Of a DNA stretch of 64,000 nt, positions 63,910 to 64,000 are shown piece after piece. This DNA is from Candidatus Brocadiia bacterium (GTDB taxonomy: Bacteria; Planctomycetota; PUPC01; DSUN01), in NCBI GenBank assembly GCA_046538415.1, contig JBKHIY010000003.1, forward strand, positions 4,143 through 68,142. Direction: 5' to 3'. Made by a program: the position numbers and the translations under genes. Under the pieces are notes generated by a model. That model worked only from the letters and a program-made list of their open reading frames with translations, was not told the origin of the DNA and made no database searches. Each line of letters opens with the position of its first letter. Position 1 is the first letter of the stretch.

Positions 63910-64000
63910 GGGCGTTCGGGCATTCAGAGATGGCTTGACAGGGAGGGTAATCATGCACATCATAGCGTGGGCCCTGGGTACTTCCCTCGTAAAGGAAGCG

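Noticed and set aside
63935-63965. Promoter after mfd (TTGACA at 63935-63940)
   Set aside because: Only a weak -10 (CATCAT) at 17 nt spacing, and the downstream gene lies outside the window, so it cannot be supported.

Overview
Very GC-rich bacterial chromosome segment with about 45 CDS and 3 tRNAs. I found no mobile element, CRISPR array or rRNA. Gene content (Tat sulfatases, FGE-domain lipoprotein, double Zn-ribbon protein, W-type AOR, three MttB-family methyltransferases, multiheme cytochrome) suggests an anaerobic Planctomycetota/PVC-like organism; this is inference only. Core genes are rpsB-tsf-pyrH-frr-tRNA-Lys-tRNA-Glu, tRNA-Leu and mfd. Two accessory loci stand out. (1) A 14 kb co-oriented cluster after tRNA-Leu (16245-30361): proA without proB, an active-site-altered glutamate-cysteine-ligase homologue, two non-pyrrolysine MttB enzymes without a corrinoid partner, a DUF362 Fe-S protein, an orphan SAM methyltransferase, an Opu-type ABC transporter with circularly permuted binding domains (one degenerate and fused to the permease), MarC and MscS. 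It is a candidate undescribed N-methylated osmolyte (proline/glycine betaine-like) pathway. (2) A three-gene exported-protein operon (1459-8850) centred on a 1516 aa protein with a nucleotidyltransferase-like motif, hydrophobic helices and Ig/TPR-like C-terminus, resembling a toxin or effector. Also notable: a divergent two-subunit ATP-citrate lyase next to a phosphotransacylase, an AOR/Zn-ADH/MttB run, a Tat aldo-keto reductase lacking catalytic residues beside a tetraheme cytochrome, a tiny (Asp-Lys)n lipoprotein and a four-way-junction RNA candidate upstream of mfd. All product calls come from motif recognition by eye; no database searches were run. Start codons were re-picked from RBS and signal-peptide context.
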